Assembly: GCF_964213995.1 (NCBI RefSeq)
Contig: NC_135825.1
Coordinates: 11,904,001-11,968,000 of the forward strand
Direction: 5' to 3'
DNA from: Mustelus asterias
Lineage: Eukaryota
DNA length: 64,000 nucleotides
The notes under the pieces are model-generated. The model saw nothing but the letters and a program-made list of their open reading frames with translations. It searched no databases and was not told where the DNA came from. The translations under genes and the position numbers were made by a program. Below, in pieces: positions 11,999-24,967 of the stretch (positions within the stretch are counted from its first letter, which is position 1; the number at the start of each line of letters is the position of its first letter).

Positions 11999-13324
11999 CT
12001 GATGTGCAGAAAGAGGATAACAATGATTAAATCTGAGTGACGGTTTAAGCTGCTTCTCCATTTTCACCAACAGTCACATATTTCACCGGCTGATGGGGAG
12101 TTGTTTCCAAATCGTTTCTTGAGTCCTGTCCAGTTCTAGGTGAGGAACACACGGGGACTCTGTTAAAGTGAATGTGCCAGAGACTGAAGTGGTGCTCAGT
12201 GTGAGAACATTCTAGCAGCAGATCCTGGGGGAGTCACTGGGAGACAGCATCATTCTGGGTCTGGTCATCAATCCCCAGCTTTAGTTTGTGTCAACCTGTG
12301 TCAAAATGATTCGTTGTGTCGACCCCCTAAAACATTCTCAGCCACCCTCAGGTTGTAATCCCCTGATCTCGGGCACTGACAAATCATTGTGCAAGTGTTG
12401 AGCCGAAGATTCACATCTCTCCTTCAGACAGAGTGCTGAGGATGTTGATTAGATTCACAGCTTGAAGCAGCTAATTCGGTTTTTGTTAACAACTCGATGA
12501 ACTTTTGGGGTTAAAAGGATCAAGGGATGTGGGGGAAGGGAGGGATCAGGATATTGAATTTGATGATCAGCCATGATCAAAATGAATGGCAGAGCAGGCT
12601 TGAAGGGCCGAATGGCCTCCTCCTGCTTCTAGTTTCTATGTTACATCTGACCAAATAGTTCAAGTTCCGTAAAGTGTGAAAATGTCTGTGTCTGTGTCAA
12701 AAACCACATTCTGGTGGTTGTGAACTGAGCTGTTTTTTAAATGTCTGTTCCTCTGACACGAACAATGACAAGGCAAGGTCCTGCTGTGGAATTCCTCCCC
12801 CACTGGGATGTTGATCCTATTTGATCTGGAATGGTTCAGTGATCCACCCACAATCTGTAGATCAGCCTGACCCAGGGGTTTACCTTCCCAGGAATTGTGC
12901 TCGGTGGGCGGGCGCTGGGTTAATGATGGTGACATGAGCTCTCAAAATTCCACCCTCACCTTCCTCTACAATGGAGGTCTCAGCTGAATATTACCGTCGC
13001 TGTCTGTGCCAGCTTCATGCTGCCTATTGGGTCCAGTTACCCTTACAACAGATGGCACAGCCCTCTATCTGCCTCCTGTTGACAGTTGCTGCCAGGAGGG
13101 GGTTACGACGGGTGGAATTTTCCCTTCTGGAGTCGAAGGCTGGAAGTTTCTGGCATTATCAAGGTGGGAATCATCGGCGGAGATTCAAAGGTCAAGGCTA
13201 ATGCCAAGGGAACTAAATATAAACTTCCGTGTTTTCTATCTACATATCACACATCAGAACATCGGTCCAGTCAGGTTTTTTTAATTGTGTTTTTGTGAAT
13301 GTGAGCTGAGAATGATGTCCTCAC

Positions 13325-13334
13325 CTTTGGAAAC
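13325..13334 (-). CDS. Candidate 10-nt cytoplasmic micro-exon GTTTCCAAAG (VSK)
   Basis: ttgttttctcag acceptor and AG|GTGAGG donor; phase 0 to 1 fits between the TM exon and the 11998 exon. Confidence 0.3.
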
Positions 13335-14338
13335 CTGAGAAAACAATGAGAAGCAAACAGCTTTGTTCCCTATTTCTGAATGTTATTTAGCCATGTGCAA
13401 GCTTTTGGGAAGCTTCTGTAACATCCTGAGTGTAACAGTTCATGAACAATTTCATTGAGTCCTGAGAAAACTGCCACCCAATTCCAGAAAGGTCCATCAA
13501 TGTTCCCGAGCTGCAGGAACTACAGCCTCATTTCCCAGCACAGTTTAACTGATGACGGTTTCAGGATTTTTGGGAATCGATGGAGATCAATCCATCCATT
13601 TTCACTCAGCTTTGGCCTTTCCTTTTGTTTATGATTCAGAAGACTTCATCCAGCTCAGTAGCGCCTCCCTCTGGGGTAAGTGACTCATGGTGCGATTCCT
13701 ATGAAGCCTGTACACCTGTTCACTGTTTCTCCATCTGTATCACATGGACCATGATGTTTGCCTATAACAAGCCCTGTAACAATGCAAATCCCCTTCTCCC
13801 AATCGCAAACACAACCCTTCATTTAGTACCTAACACCTATTGTACATTCACACGTTTCTGTCACACATCAGCCTTGAGAGCAGCAACACATTTTTCTCGG
13901 GGTTAAACCACCATGAGGTGCAACAAGCTTGAAAACATTTTTTTCAGAGTTCAGCTGTTGGTCGTCAAACATCAACTTATTTGAGGAGAGAATGCATTGT
14001 GGTTAAACTGAGTTTCTGTTCATTTAGGATGGAACATTCACTCGCAGCATTCTATATCAAACAAAACCTTTTCAACTATTGAAACCAAGAAGAAAATCAG
14101 GTCTCGAACAGCAATCTGTTACATATGGAGAAAGGAATTGAATTCTCTGTTACAATACAGTGAGGGGTGGGGTGGTGCTGTGGGGATGTGGGGAAGTTGC
14201 TGCCGTAAAGAGAGAGGAATGCTGGGAATTCAACCCCAGATACATCAACCCCCACACAGATAGACATCAAGGCAAGAGCTCCTGTATAAGCCCCATTCAC
14301 ACTGTGCTATCAGTAATAGTCTGAGTCTTGGGTTTAGT

Positions 14339-14474
14339 CATGATGTGGAGATGCCGGCGTTGGACTGGGGTAAGCACAGTAAGAAGCCTCACAACACCAG
14401 GTTAAAGTCCAACAGGTTTATTTGGTAGCAAATACCATAAGCTTTCGGAGCTTGCTGCTCCTTCGTCAGATGGA
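14339..14474 (-). mobile_element. Penelope-like element terminal fragment
   Basis: Same pseudo-LTR sequence as 18.6, 50.0 and 50.8 kb. Confidence 0.8.
14435..14473 (-). ncRNA. Minimal type I hammerhead ribozyme motif
   Basis: CCAU-CUGACGA-A-GGAGC[AGCAA]GCUCC-GAAA-GC-UU-AUGG. Confidence 0.75.
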
Positions 14475-17349
14475 TCAATTGATGGTTAATTGATGGTCAC
14501 AGAGACCACTCCATCTGCGCACTGAGAGTCTGAGGGAGAGAGAGGCCAAATTCACTCCTGAACCTGTCAGACCCCATTACACATTCAATATCCCAATAAA
14601 GTATCGGTCCCTCCCTGAATCCGAGTACAATTGGTAACAGATGCTAAGGTTCCAGGTGGATTCAGTTGAAAAGTATTGTTGCCAACTCAGCAACTGGGAA
14701 TCTCTATTGGATTCTGATATGTTGAGTAGAATTACCAGTTAATTGACAGCCTCCATTTAAATCCAGCAATGACCATTTCAAAACCAGATCCTGCCAGTCC
14801 AGGGGCAGTTTGATCTTAAAATGGTCTGGCTTGGTTTTTCCCCTCTGGGTAGGGTTGCATAAAGAAGCAATAATTTGCATTCATATAGCAATTTTAACCG
14901 AGTAAAACTGGCAGAAACATTTTGGATGAGCTTAATTTGATGCAGGGTGGAAGGTGCAAGGCACAGGATGGTATTGGAACAGTCGAGTGTGGAGGTACCT
15001 ACAGTGCAGATGAGGACTCTGTTGGACAGGGAGGTAGAACAAGTCTGTTTTTTTCCTTATTCAAACCAGTGTGTCTCCTATTCTGCTGTTATAAATGTTA
15101 CATTGTCCCATCCCTGGCAAATGTGGAACATATCATTGGAGCGATTGGTTTCCTATGAATGAAAAATTCATGTTGCCTGTTCCTGACAGAATTAGTTAGT
15201 CTTTAAATTGACACAGATTAAGAGGAGAATATGAACTAAGAAGTGTAGACATTTAATCAGCAAACAGATCAGTTATTGTCCAGATGTAGATATACAACTT
15301 GAAAGTCCCAGCCATTGTTTAGGTTTTTGATTCCTCCACTAATTTACTGGCCAAAATAATTTAATAACATAAAACACGTTATTATGTCGACTTGTTAAAA
15401 AAAATGTTCAAAGTCGGATGAATCATGAATTTTTGACCAGGATGCAAAATGGATCTCAGTTCACAGAGAGAAGGCTCTGGGTGAAAGGAAACTATGATTG
15501 AGTAACTGGGAGGAGGACTCAATTCCAAATTGAGGATACAACTACTCAACGTCCTGTGACATGGGGCCGTGTATTTCCCATGACATAGTTGGCGATGAGT
15601 GATCCTGGTGAATGACACATTGTTTAAACATTGACCTGAATTTTACGCTCTGGAAGTGGGTGTGTGGTGGTCCAGATCATCCCAGAAATGGCACGCGGTT
15701 ACATTTGGAGGGCAACACCATCGCGTCATCTCTCAATGTTTTGTTCAGCTGGCACTTGCAGAATTTGGAAAAGTATTGTCACAATTAAAGGGGTGCGGAG
15801 CCAATGTTGAGGACACCCAGGGCAACTCCCTCCCGCTGTGCCGCTGCCGCCTCTGCTGGGTCTGCCCGCTGGTGAGACGGGCATACCCAGGGGTGGTGAC
15901 GGCGATCATAGGGACTTACATTTGTGAGTGCGATATGTCGGTGGTTCCCCATTGCTGGCAGTTGGGTTGGAGGCAGCTGGCTGACTCTGATGCCCTGTAG
16001 ACCTCAATTACCTTTGGAGCCTTTCTCTGGCCGGTGGAGTCTGTGCAAGCCCCAACTGGGTGGGAGATTCCACTGCCACAGCTGGGCACTGCTCAGTAAC
16101 AGTGTTCCAATTAGACATGACAGGCACTGGCAACAGGTTGGAGGAGATGCTGCCATCATCCACATCACCCTGAGAGGAGATTGCAGGTGTGAACTACAGA
16201 CAGCCCATCCACCAACATGAGATTGATTTGAACTCCCCAAACCACCATCAACTGATGGGCAGCTAACAGAGTTACTTGGTGCCTCATTCATTAGTTACAA
16301 TCTGCCAGTGCCATGAACTAAATCCAGAAGGGAAACTTGGCAAGCTACCACAACTATTTTCTTTTTGCCTTTTATCACAAGAAGATACATGCACGGAAGA
16401 TAGAAGCCAGAAATTCCAGTAGCTTCTAAATTCCAATAGCTTCACACGCTATTTTCCCAGCTCACCGTGCTGATCGGCAGGTGTGGCAAGGTATTTAAAT
16501 GGCGCTCTTGTGAGGCCAAAGATAACGGCTGCTCTGTTCACAATGTTCAATTGTAATTTTGGATCATCCAGGACTGGCTGTTGGACGAGAAGCTGGAACG
16601 ACTGTCCCACAGCACAGAGACAGTGGGGGAGACAAGAGAGGTGGAGCTCAGACAGGGGGCCAGGCTTCGTGCTTGAAACCGGGCTTGTAGACATTAGGAA
16701 ACAGGGAAACTTTATCAAGTGTAGATTGCATTTGCTAACATAAAGGTAAAATCATAACATAATGAAGTTAAGGTAAAATCAGCTTTCCGAAGTAAAGGGA
16801 AATACATTCTTATTTAACAGTTTGTCTCCAATTCTATTGCTATACACGCACATTGTCCCAACCTTATTCAATGTGGAACATATCATTGGAGCGACTGGTT
16901 TCGAGTAAATGAAAAGATCATGTTGCCTATTTCTTACAAGATGTGTTAGTCTTTAAATTGACACAGACTAAGATAAGAACATAAAATGAGAAGTCTAGAC
17001 ATTGGGCGAGTCTTTCTGGCTGCGCTCGCCCCAAAAGTGGAAAATCTCACCCAAGGCCAATGTATTTTTGCATGGTCCACCCCCACGACTCTTCCCATGG
17101 CAGGCGAGAAGGGAAAATTCAGCCCATTGAGTGAGCAAATAGAGCAATTACTGTCCAGATTTATATTTACAACTTTTAGGTCGCAGCCACTAAATATTTG
17201 GTCAAATTTGTTTAATGACAAAAAACTTCTTATTGTGTACATTGATTAAAAGAAATGTTCAAAGCTGGATAAATAATTAATATTTGACCAGGATGCAAAA
17301 TTCCACCAATGAGGATGTCAGCAGGGAATCTCCATTTTTCCATTTTGGT

Positions 17350-17379
17350 TCAACTTTGAGAATCGGGTTCATTGAGTGG
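17350..17379 (-). CDS. Gene B likely terminal coding exon: PLNEPDSQS*
   Basis: Strong acceptor ttttctttttcag, phase 0 matching the TM exon donor; gives a short tail without tyrosine motifs. Confidence 0.5.
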   Translation of the reverse strand, partial: PLNEPDSQS

Positions 17380-17948
17380 CTGAAAAAGAAAATCATCAGA
17401 TTCGTTGAGACTGGGAGAACAATGCATCAATTGACATTTCAGATTTGAACAGAATTCTGGAAGTGGCAGCAGATTGAGGCAAAGCTTGGGGCAGTTTTGA
17501 GATCACATTGATCACCCATTCCTGGGAAGAACTGTCATTTGTATCCCTCATGAAGACATGTAACATGACTTTCTCATGGGTAACTGATGTTTCCCTGTGG
17601 CTGTGATTAATTCTCTGCCAATAATAATGAAGACCTGTGCTCCAGAACTTGCCGCACCTCGAGGCAAGCTGTTCCAGTACAGCTACAACACTGGCATCTA
17701 CCCGGCAATGTGGAAAATTGCTCAGGTAGGTCTCCATAAAAAGGAGGACAAATCCAACCTGGCCAATTATTGCCCCATCAGTCTAATCTCAATAATCAGT
17801 AAAGTGATGGAAGAAGTTATCAACAGCGCCAGCAAGAGGCATTTGCTCAGCAATAACCTGCTCTTGGATACTCAGTTTGGGTTCAGCCAGGGTCACTCAG
17901 TTCCTGACTCCATTACAGCCTTGGTTAAAACATGGACAAGAGCTGAAT

Positions 17949-18705
17949 ACTCTTGCAACTCGGCCAACATTGTCTACCTGATACGCTGCAGGAAAGGATG
18001 TCCTGAGGCACGGTACATTGGGGAAACCATGCAGACGCTACGACAACGGATGAATGAACACCGCTCGACAATCACCAGGCAAGACTGTTCTCTTCCTGTG
18101 GGGGACCACTTCAGCAGTCACGGGCATTCAGCCTCGGATCTTCAGGTAAGCGTTCTCCAAGGCGGCCTTCACTACACACGACAGCGCAGAGTCGCTGAGC
18201 AGAAACTGATAGCCAAGTTCCGCACACATGAGGACGGCCTAAACCGGGATGTTGGATTTATGTCACAGTATCAGTAACCCCCACAGCTTGCCTCCTGGGC
18301 TTGCAGAATCTCACTAGCTGTTCTGTCTGGAGACAATACACATCTCTTTACCCTGTGTTTAATGTTCACTCCACCCACATTGTCTGTACCTTTAAGACCT
18401 GGCTGGCTGTAGGATCGTAAGAAGTCTCACAACACCAGGTTAAAGTCCAACAGGTTTATTTTGGACTTTAACCTGGTGTTGTGAGACTTCTTACTGTGCT
18501 TACCCCAGTCCAACGCCGGCATCTCCACATCATGGCTGTAGGATTCGCATTCTAATCAGTATTCTGCAACTTGATTTTGTCTGTTTGCACTGTTTGAGAG
18601 CACATTTCCACTCCATCTGATGAAGGAGCAGCGCTCTGAAAGCTTATGGTATTTGCTACCAAATAAACCTGTTGGACTTTACCCTGGTGTTGTGAGACTT
18701 CTTAC
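17949..18705 (+). mobile_element. 5'-truncated Penelope-like element (GIY-YIG endonuclease C-terminus plus pseudo-LTR) with a nested mini-copy at 18416-18532
   Basis: NIVYLIRC..YIGET..RMNEH..GLN; 12-bp TSD; nested insert flanked by tggctgtaggat repeats. Confidence 0.9.
18613..18649 (+). ncRNA. Minimal type I hammerhead ribozyme motif
   Basis: CCAU-CUGAUGA-A-GGAGC[AGC]GCUCU-GAAA-GC-UU-AUGG. Confidence 0.7.
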
Positions 18706-19404
18706 CAAGAGCTGAATGCCAGAGGTGAGGTGAGAGTGACTGCCCTTGAAGTCAAGGCAGCAATTGACCGAGTGTGGCATCAAGGAGCCTGAACAAAACC
18801 AGAGTGAATGGGACTCGGGGGAAAGCCCTCCACTGGTTGGAGTGATACCTGGCATAAAGGAAGGTGGTTGTTGTGGTTGGAGGTCAGCCATCTTAGCTCC
18901 AGGACATCACTACACGAGTTACGGAGGATTCTTGGCCCAATCATCTGCAGCTGCTTCAGCAATGACCTTCCTTCCAACATAAAGTCAGATGCTGGGATGT
19001 TTGCTGTTGACTGCACAATGTTCAGTACGATTTGCGACTCTTCAGATACTGAAGCCATCAACGTCCAATTGCAGCAAGATATGGACAATAGCCAGGCTTG
19101 GGCTGACAAGTAGCAAGTAGCATTTGTGCCACTTGGCTGGGGAAAGTACTAGGCAATGCTGGGAGCAATGTTGGGAGTTGGGGGCGGGGGTGGAGGTGGT
19201 ACTGCATGGTGTTTGAGGTGGGGCGGTGTGGGGGGATGCAGGCATACCTGGGGAGTGAGGTTCCATCTTAACATTCATAAATCTAGCCAGGCTTTAAAAA
19301 TAGCATTTCAATCTTTAGAAAACTATGTTGCTGTCAGGGTGAGCTCAATCACAGCCTGTCCTGCCGGAGTGACACCGTGGGACTCATTCCGAGCAATACG
19401 GTAG

Positions 19405-19640
19405 AACAAAGAGCAGTACAGCACAGGAACAGGCCCACCAAGTCTGTGCCGCCACAGATGCCTCTCTAATCTAATATTATCTTGCCTCTCCGTGGTCCAT
19501 ATCCCTCTATTCCCTGCCTTTTCATGTATGTATCCAGATGCCTCTTGAATGATGTTATAGAATCTGCTTCCACCACCTCCTCTGGCCGTGCATTCACCGC
19601 CCTTTGTGTGAAAAACCTCCCCCTTACATCTCCTTTAAAA
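19405..19640 (-). mobile_element. CR1 LINE 3' end fragment
   Basis: Tail acagcacaggaacaggccc shared with other CR1 3' ends in the window. Confidence 0.7.
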
Positions 19641-19787
19641 AGCCACCATTGGTGCCGATGGCTTTGTTTATCCCTGTGGACATTGATTTCAATGCAACCT
19701 TTTCTTTACAATATCTGCGGTCAATGTTTTTAAAAATAATTGATGGAAAACTTGCAGAATGATTGTTGTAAAGTCCATAATCCTCAC

Positions 19788-19887
19788 CTGAGATTTTCTC
19801 GTGTACCATGTGACCGAAATAACACAAATCACCAGGAGGGTAAAGAGCCCCCAGCGAATCACATTCCAGATGAAGGAACAGAGCAAA
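19788..19887 (-). CDS. Gene B transmembrane exon: (C)LLCSFIWNVIRWGLFTLLVICVISVTWYTRKSQ
   Basis: Acceptor tatttcttccag, donor CAG|GTGAGG; 100 nt, phase 2 to 0; hydrophobic helix followed by basic stop-transfer RK; phase 2 matches the donor at 22111. Confidence 0.85.
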
Positions 19888-22111
19888 CTGGAAGAAATAC
19901 AGAATGATTTGAAGGGAATGAGGCAGCTTCGTGTTTGAAACATTAATCTCCTCTTTACACTGTGACCTATTGTAGCAGCATCGCACAGACAAGGCACGTT
20001 AGCTGGAGCAATCAACTAAAGTTTCACTGATCAACTTCATGATCATTAGATACAGATCAAATGGAGCTGGTTTCATTAACTTTCCTCAGTATATCTGGAA
20101 TGCTGAGTAAAATCTTAGAAGTAAGAATGTTATGAATTGACTGGTCATTGGGACAGAAACATTGTCTGGTGCAACATAACATTGGTGAGATATCTGTTCA
20201 GTGAGTAAGAAACTTCCAATAACATCATCCCACACTGTTCCAAAGTAGAATCATATTCCACTCAATATTAACTCTGCTCCTCTCTCCACAGATGCTGCCG
20301 GACCTGCTGAGATATTCCAGCACTTTCTGTTTTTATCATCCCACAATTCCCTGGTGCACAGGAAATTCGGAACCAGCCCGAAGCAGACGGCCTTTAACCC
20401 TCTCAGTTTGGGAACAATGTATTAAACTGGGCAACTCAGAAGGAGAAGATGACAGTGAATGCAATGTTCCTGTCAGCGATACTCCAGAACACACCGGGTT
20501 AAGGGAATCTGGCATCGCTGGAGTGTGACAAACACAACTCCATGAGATTGGGTTCACGGTGAAGTGATTAACATGAATAATGAAAACTGCACCATCTAAG
20601 GTGTGGCAAACAGAGAAAGCTCACTTCTGAGTCTGAACTTCCACTAACAGAAGCAGCAACTTTGTTAGGAAGCTAACACAATAGCATTATGTAAACACAG
20701 CTGCCGGGTGGGATGGTGAACCCGGGTTGGGGGACCACAGGAATGCTGTTGGGGATTCAATATCTGGCAAAACCTGGAAGGCGCAGGCGACTTAATCAGA
20801 TTCACGGCCATAGTGGGCGAGAACCTGATTTACATACATTTTAATATATTTCCATATCATTAAAGACCCCCCCCCTGCTGATATTGAGCCCTCGCTGTGT
20901 TTTCAAACCGGGGCAACGTGACATCACGTTGGCGCATTGTACAGCAGGTTCACCCAGATGTGATGGGGAACCCCCTTCCTGGGCAAGAGGGATATGGTCA
21001 GGCAGTGGCCTGGCAATGCCCTCTGGCACTCTCCCTTGGTGCAGGTTGGCACTACCAAGTTGGCACCATGCCACCCCAACATTGCCAACCTGGCAGTGCC
21101 AACTTGTACCAGTGGCAGTTCCGGGCTGGACCTCAGTGGGAGTCTGATGGGGGAGGGGTTATTCATTTACAAGTGAGGGTGGGCCGGAGCGGACAGGGGA
21201 GCTGGAGTAGCCGTTTGTGGGAAGGGGCTGGGTTTGTCGGCAATGGCTGTGTGGGTGGAGGGTTGGAGGGAAGGGCTCCAATGTTCGGGGGGGAAGGGGG
21301 GTGGTGCCAGCACTGACTGCTGGAGGGGGGGGAAGGGTCTGATATTCAGGGGAGGGGATTGGTGTCAGCACTGACTGCTGAGGGGTGATGTGGGGGGAGA
21401 ATTGCTGGCTCATAATAAGAGGACTCTGATCGGGGTGTGGTGGGATTTGGGGGGAGCCCCTGAGAGCTCTGTGGTGGGGTGGGGGGGGAGGTTACATTTT
21501 GCTTTGATTGGGCCGCCATGTTTGTGTACTGTCAGCTCAGTGCAGCCAGGATTTGCGTATTGAGGCCCCGCCCCCTACATGACGATGTGAAGCACGCCCA
21601 GCTGTTTTTTTAGTGACAGAGTGTGGTAAGTTCTGGAGAGAAAGCCAACCTGCTTCGAGCCAGAACCAACAGTTTTCAGTCAGATTTCCCTAATATTGTG
21701 TTTTATGTTTACGGGGACTGTTTACAGATTCAGCTTTATTCTGGAGGCAGTCGGTGTGTCTGTAAAACATTTAGCTCAGATGCTGGGAGAGCAGGATAAT
21801 GGCTCATTTTAGCCATGTAGGGGGAAAGCTAAGCAAAAAACGACAGTGTTGTTTCCGGCAAGAAAAATGACAGGTGTCTCTCCAGAGAAACAGATTAGTT
21901 TTCTGTGCAGATCTTTGACTGAGAGAGGAAACCGGAGCACACGGAGGAAACTCACATAGGTTCAAAGAACGTGCAGACTCCAGGCAGACAGTCACCCAAG
22001 GCCAGAATTGAACTTGGGTCCCTGGTGTTGCGAGGCAGCACTGCTAACCACAGTGCCTCTGTGTCACCTGTTGTCATAGCACTGTTACCTCAAAATCCTG
22101 GAATTTCTTAC

Positions 22112-22460
22112 CACTCGCTTTCCGTCCTTGCCACATCAACACTGTTGATCTGTGTCACACAACTGCAATTCTCCCGTGATCTGTGGATCACTGACACTGT
22201 AACCGTTTCACTGGACTTTTCTCCCTGGTGATTTGAGGCTGTGCAGTAATATTGATGATGTTGCTGTGTGAAGGATTGACAATGTAGATCCAGTTTATTG
22301 GTGTCAGAGATCTTTGAATCTTCAGGCGGGGTCTTTTCATACCATGTGTACTGAATGGGAAGTGATCCCTGGACAGACTCACAGGAGACGGACACTGAGC
22401 CCCCAGAACATGAGGCATTTGGTGGTGATAGAAATCTAAGTTCAGGAACAGACACGGGTT
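22112..22460 (-). CDS. Gene B Ig domain 6 (C2, membrane-proximal)
   Basis: Acceptor ttcctttctacag, donor TG|GTAAGA; 349 nt, phase 1 to 2. Confidence 0.85.
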
Positions 22461-23248
22461 CTGTAGAAAGGAACAATCATTGAGATACAGATTGAATAAC
22501 CAAAAAATTAAATACTTTCATGTCACCAATATTTCTACATCTCATCCAGAGTATGAGGAGGAAGGGAGAGTGTTAGCGAGAGAGAGAGAGAGAGCTGGCA
22601 GTGGGAACTTGGCCGATTGCGAGTAGTATCTATTGATTGCTGTCTGGGATTTAATTGTGAGTACTGTTTAACACTATAACTGCAAGTACTGATTGAAGTC
22701 TAAATCTCATCCAAAGGGCATGAGCTGGGAGATAGAAGCTATCCGCTGGCAGCAACTGGAATAGTTAATTGGGGAAACTGGCCTTTTTGTACCGAGTCCC
22801 TTTGTTTATGAACATATAAATTCAGACATTCTCAGTGCAACCAGAACTGGAGTCTGCCTTCAACCGAGTGTGGAGGTTTAATGAGCTGAAGGAATTTACT
22901 ACAGGGGAAGAAGTGAGCTGTTGGTGAGTATCTGGTGAGTATCCGGGAAGTGGTCAAGGTCGATTGTCCAAGCATCGGGAGCAAGGGTGGGGTCCTTGCC
23001 AACTTGTTAACCAGGAGAGCAGGTTCCAAGGTGCAATAAATCTGACGCCATCTCTCTGGATCATTACTCTGGGCCTCTGAATTACAATTCCTCCAACATG
23101 ATCATTGTTCTAACTGCCCTCTCGCTGCCAGACTCTGCACTGCTGCGGAACCTCAGGATATCGGAGCTGTCAATGTCTCCTCCCAGATAAAGCACTGATC
23201 AGACATTTCAGTCGAGAGTAATAAAGATAATCACTGAGAACTATGTAC

Positions 23249-23557
23249 CGTCAGATATTTGTAGCTTGACAGGAAATATTGAAAGGAGGCCGGGCTTATC
23301 AATACCACAGCTGTACCATCCTGCATCTCCTGAGCGAAGATCCTCCATAGTAACAACAAATAATCCTGGTGTCTTGTTATCTGTGATCGACATTCTCCCT
23401 CGCCGTCCATCTGGATCGTCTGATTTTACCAAACCAGAGCACTGACGACTCCAAGATTTCACATGTGACTGGGACAATTTGTCATAGTGACAATCTATAG
23501 TGATCGATCTTCCCAAAACTCCTGTTACTTTATTTTTTGCCCACAATACACTTGGAG
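23249..23557 (-). CDS. Gene B Ig domain 5 (V, lacks the first C-C' cysteine)
   Basis: Acceptor gtcttttcag, donor G|GTACAT; 309 nt, phase 1-1; open frame. Confidence 0.88.
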
Positions 23558-24643
23558 CTGAAAAGACAACAGGTCAAAAACTGAAGTGAAAATAATTGCT
23601 TAATACAAACAGATATATTTCAATAGGATTTACCACTGTGTTCAGAGAAATCTCTCCAGTACATCTTCCAATGCAATTGGATACTTCCTTGTCTGAGATG
23701 TTAGAAACATTAATATAATGGCTGGAATTTTCCAGAAAGAGGCAAGTCGTCAGGTTAGGACTGAAAATTGATGAGTTTCTCTCCAGAAAGACAGCCAGCT
23801 TTTCCCACCAGACCTCCTGACTTTGTCAAAAAAATCAGGGGGAGTGGTTTGTGCTGTCACTTTGTCAGGACGGGGCCTGATTGAGCTGGCAAGGCCGTCT
23901 CCATAGAGATTGGGCACCATTTTTAAAGTTGATATTAAAGTTCCGTTGAAGAACCCTCCCCCCGCACCCCAATGCCCACAGACACCAGGAACCTCAGTGG
24001 ACAAGGAGAAAACCCCTCACCTAGAGGGTAAATCTCCCCTCAACGTCCCACCACTCAAAGATCAGTGTTCTTCAACTACACCATGCAAACATTAGGGTAA
24101 CCCTACACCAGCCTCTCTCCGCCAGCATCATGGCATTCCCACTCCCACCCTCTCAGCAACGACGACCAACCACCCCACCATTCACAGTCTCCACCCCAAT
24201 GCATACACGGCCTCCCCACCCCCTCACAGCCCACAGGCATCAGGCCCCACCCCATGGACATCAGGACCCCCAGTAGACAAGGGGAACAGTATTCCAAAAC
24301 ATATCTGAGGAATTCTCCCCAGTCCTGGGGAAAGCTTATCTCTCAAACAGCAATTGTCAGACAGCAGATTGTCTGCTCATGATCACATTGCTCCTTGAGG
24401 GAGCTTATTGCTCACAAATTGGTGCTGAGCTTCCTACATCACAACAATGGCTCTGAATCAGTTCCAGCATTGACCAGAACGGACTTTAAAACTGTCCTGA
24501 AGTTGTGAAAAGTGCAAAATAAATGCAATTCTATTTTTATTCCAATTGCTTAAAACGAAGGAATGAACTAAACCCGTGAGCAATTCGGACTGACATTAAT
24601 TTAAAAATTAGTTGTAGTTTTTGAAGCTTAAAGTGATATTTAC

Positions 24644-24967
24644 CAATGCTGCTGATTTGTGTTAAATAACTGCAGTCATTCTCTGAAATGTGGATCACTG
24701 ACACCGTAACCATTTCACTGGATTTTTCTCCCTGGTGATTTGAGGCTGTGCAGTAATATTGATGATGTTGCTGTGTGAAGGATTGACAATGTAGATCCAG
24801 TTTATTGGTGTCAGAGATCTTTGAATCTTCAGACGGGGCCTTTTCATACCATGTGTACTGAATGGGAAGTGATCCCTGGACAGACTCACAGGAGACGGAC
24901 ACTGAGCCCCCAGAACATGAGGCATTTGGTGGTGATAGAAATCTAAGTTCAGGAACAGACACGGGTT
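24644..24967 (-). CDS. Gene B Ig domain 4 (C2)
   Basis: Acceptor ttcctttctacag, donor G|GTAAAT; 324 nt, phase 1-1. Confidence 0.88.

Larger units (their letters stand above)
17625..19130 (+). mobile_element. Decayed CR1/L2-group LINE RT fragment interrupted by a Penelope insertion
   Basis: KTCAPELAAP..NYCPISLIS..QFGF, continuing after 18717; 12-bp TSD caagagctgaat at 17937-17948 and 18706-18717. Confidence 0.8.

Noticed and set aside
17597-18277. 226-aa ORF fusing LINE RT sequence to a GIY-YIG nuclease, a possible novel chimeric protein
   Set aside because: Chance in-frame Penelope insertion; a 12-bp TSD marks the junction and the LINE resumes at 18718.
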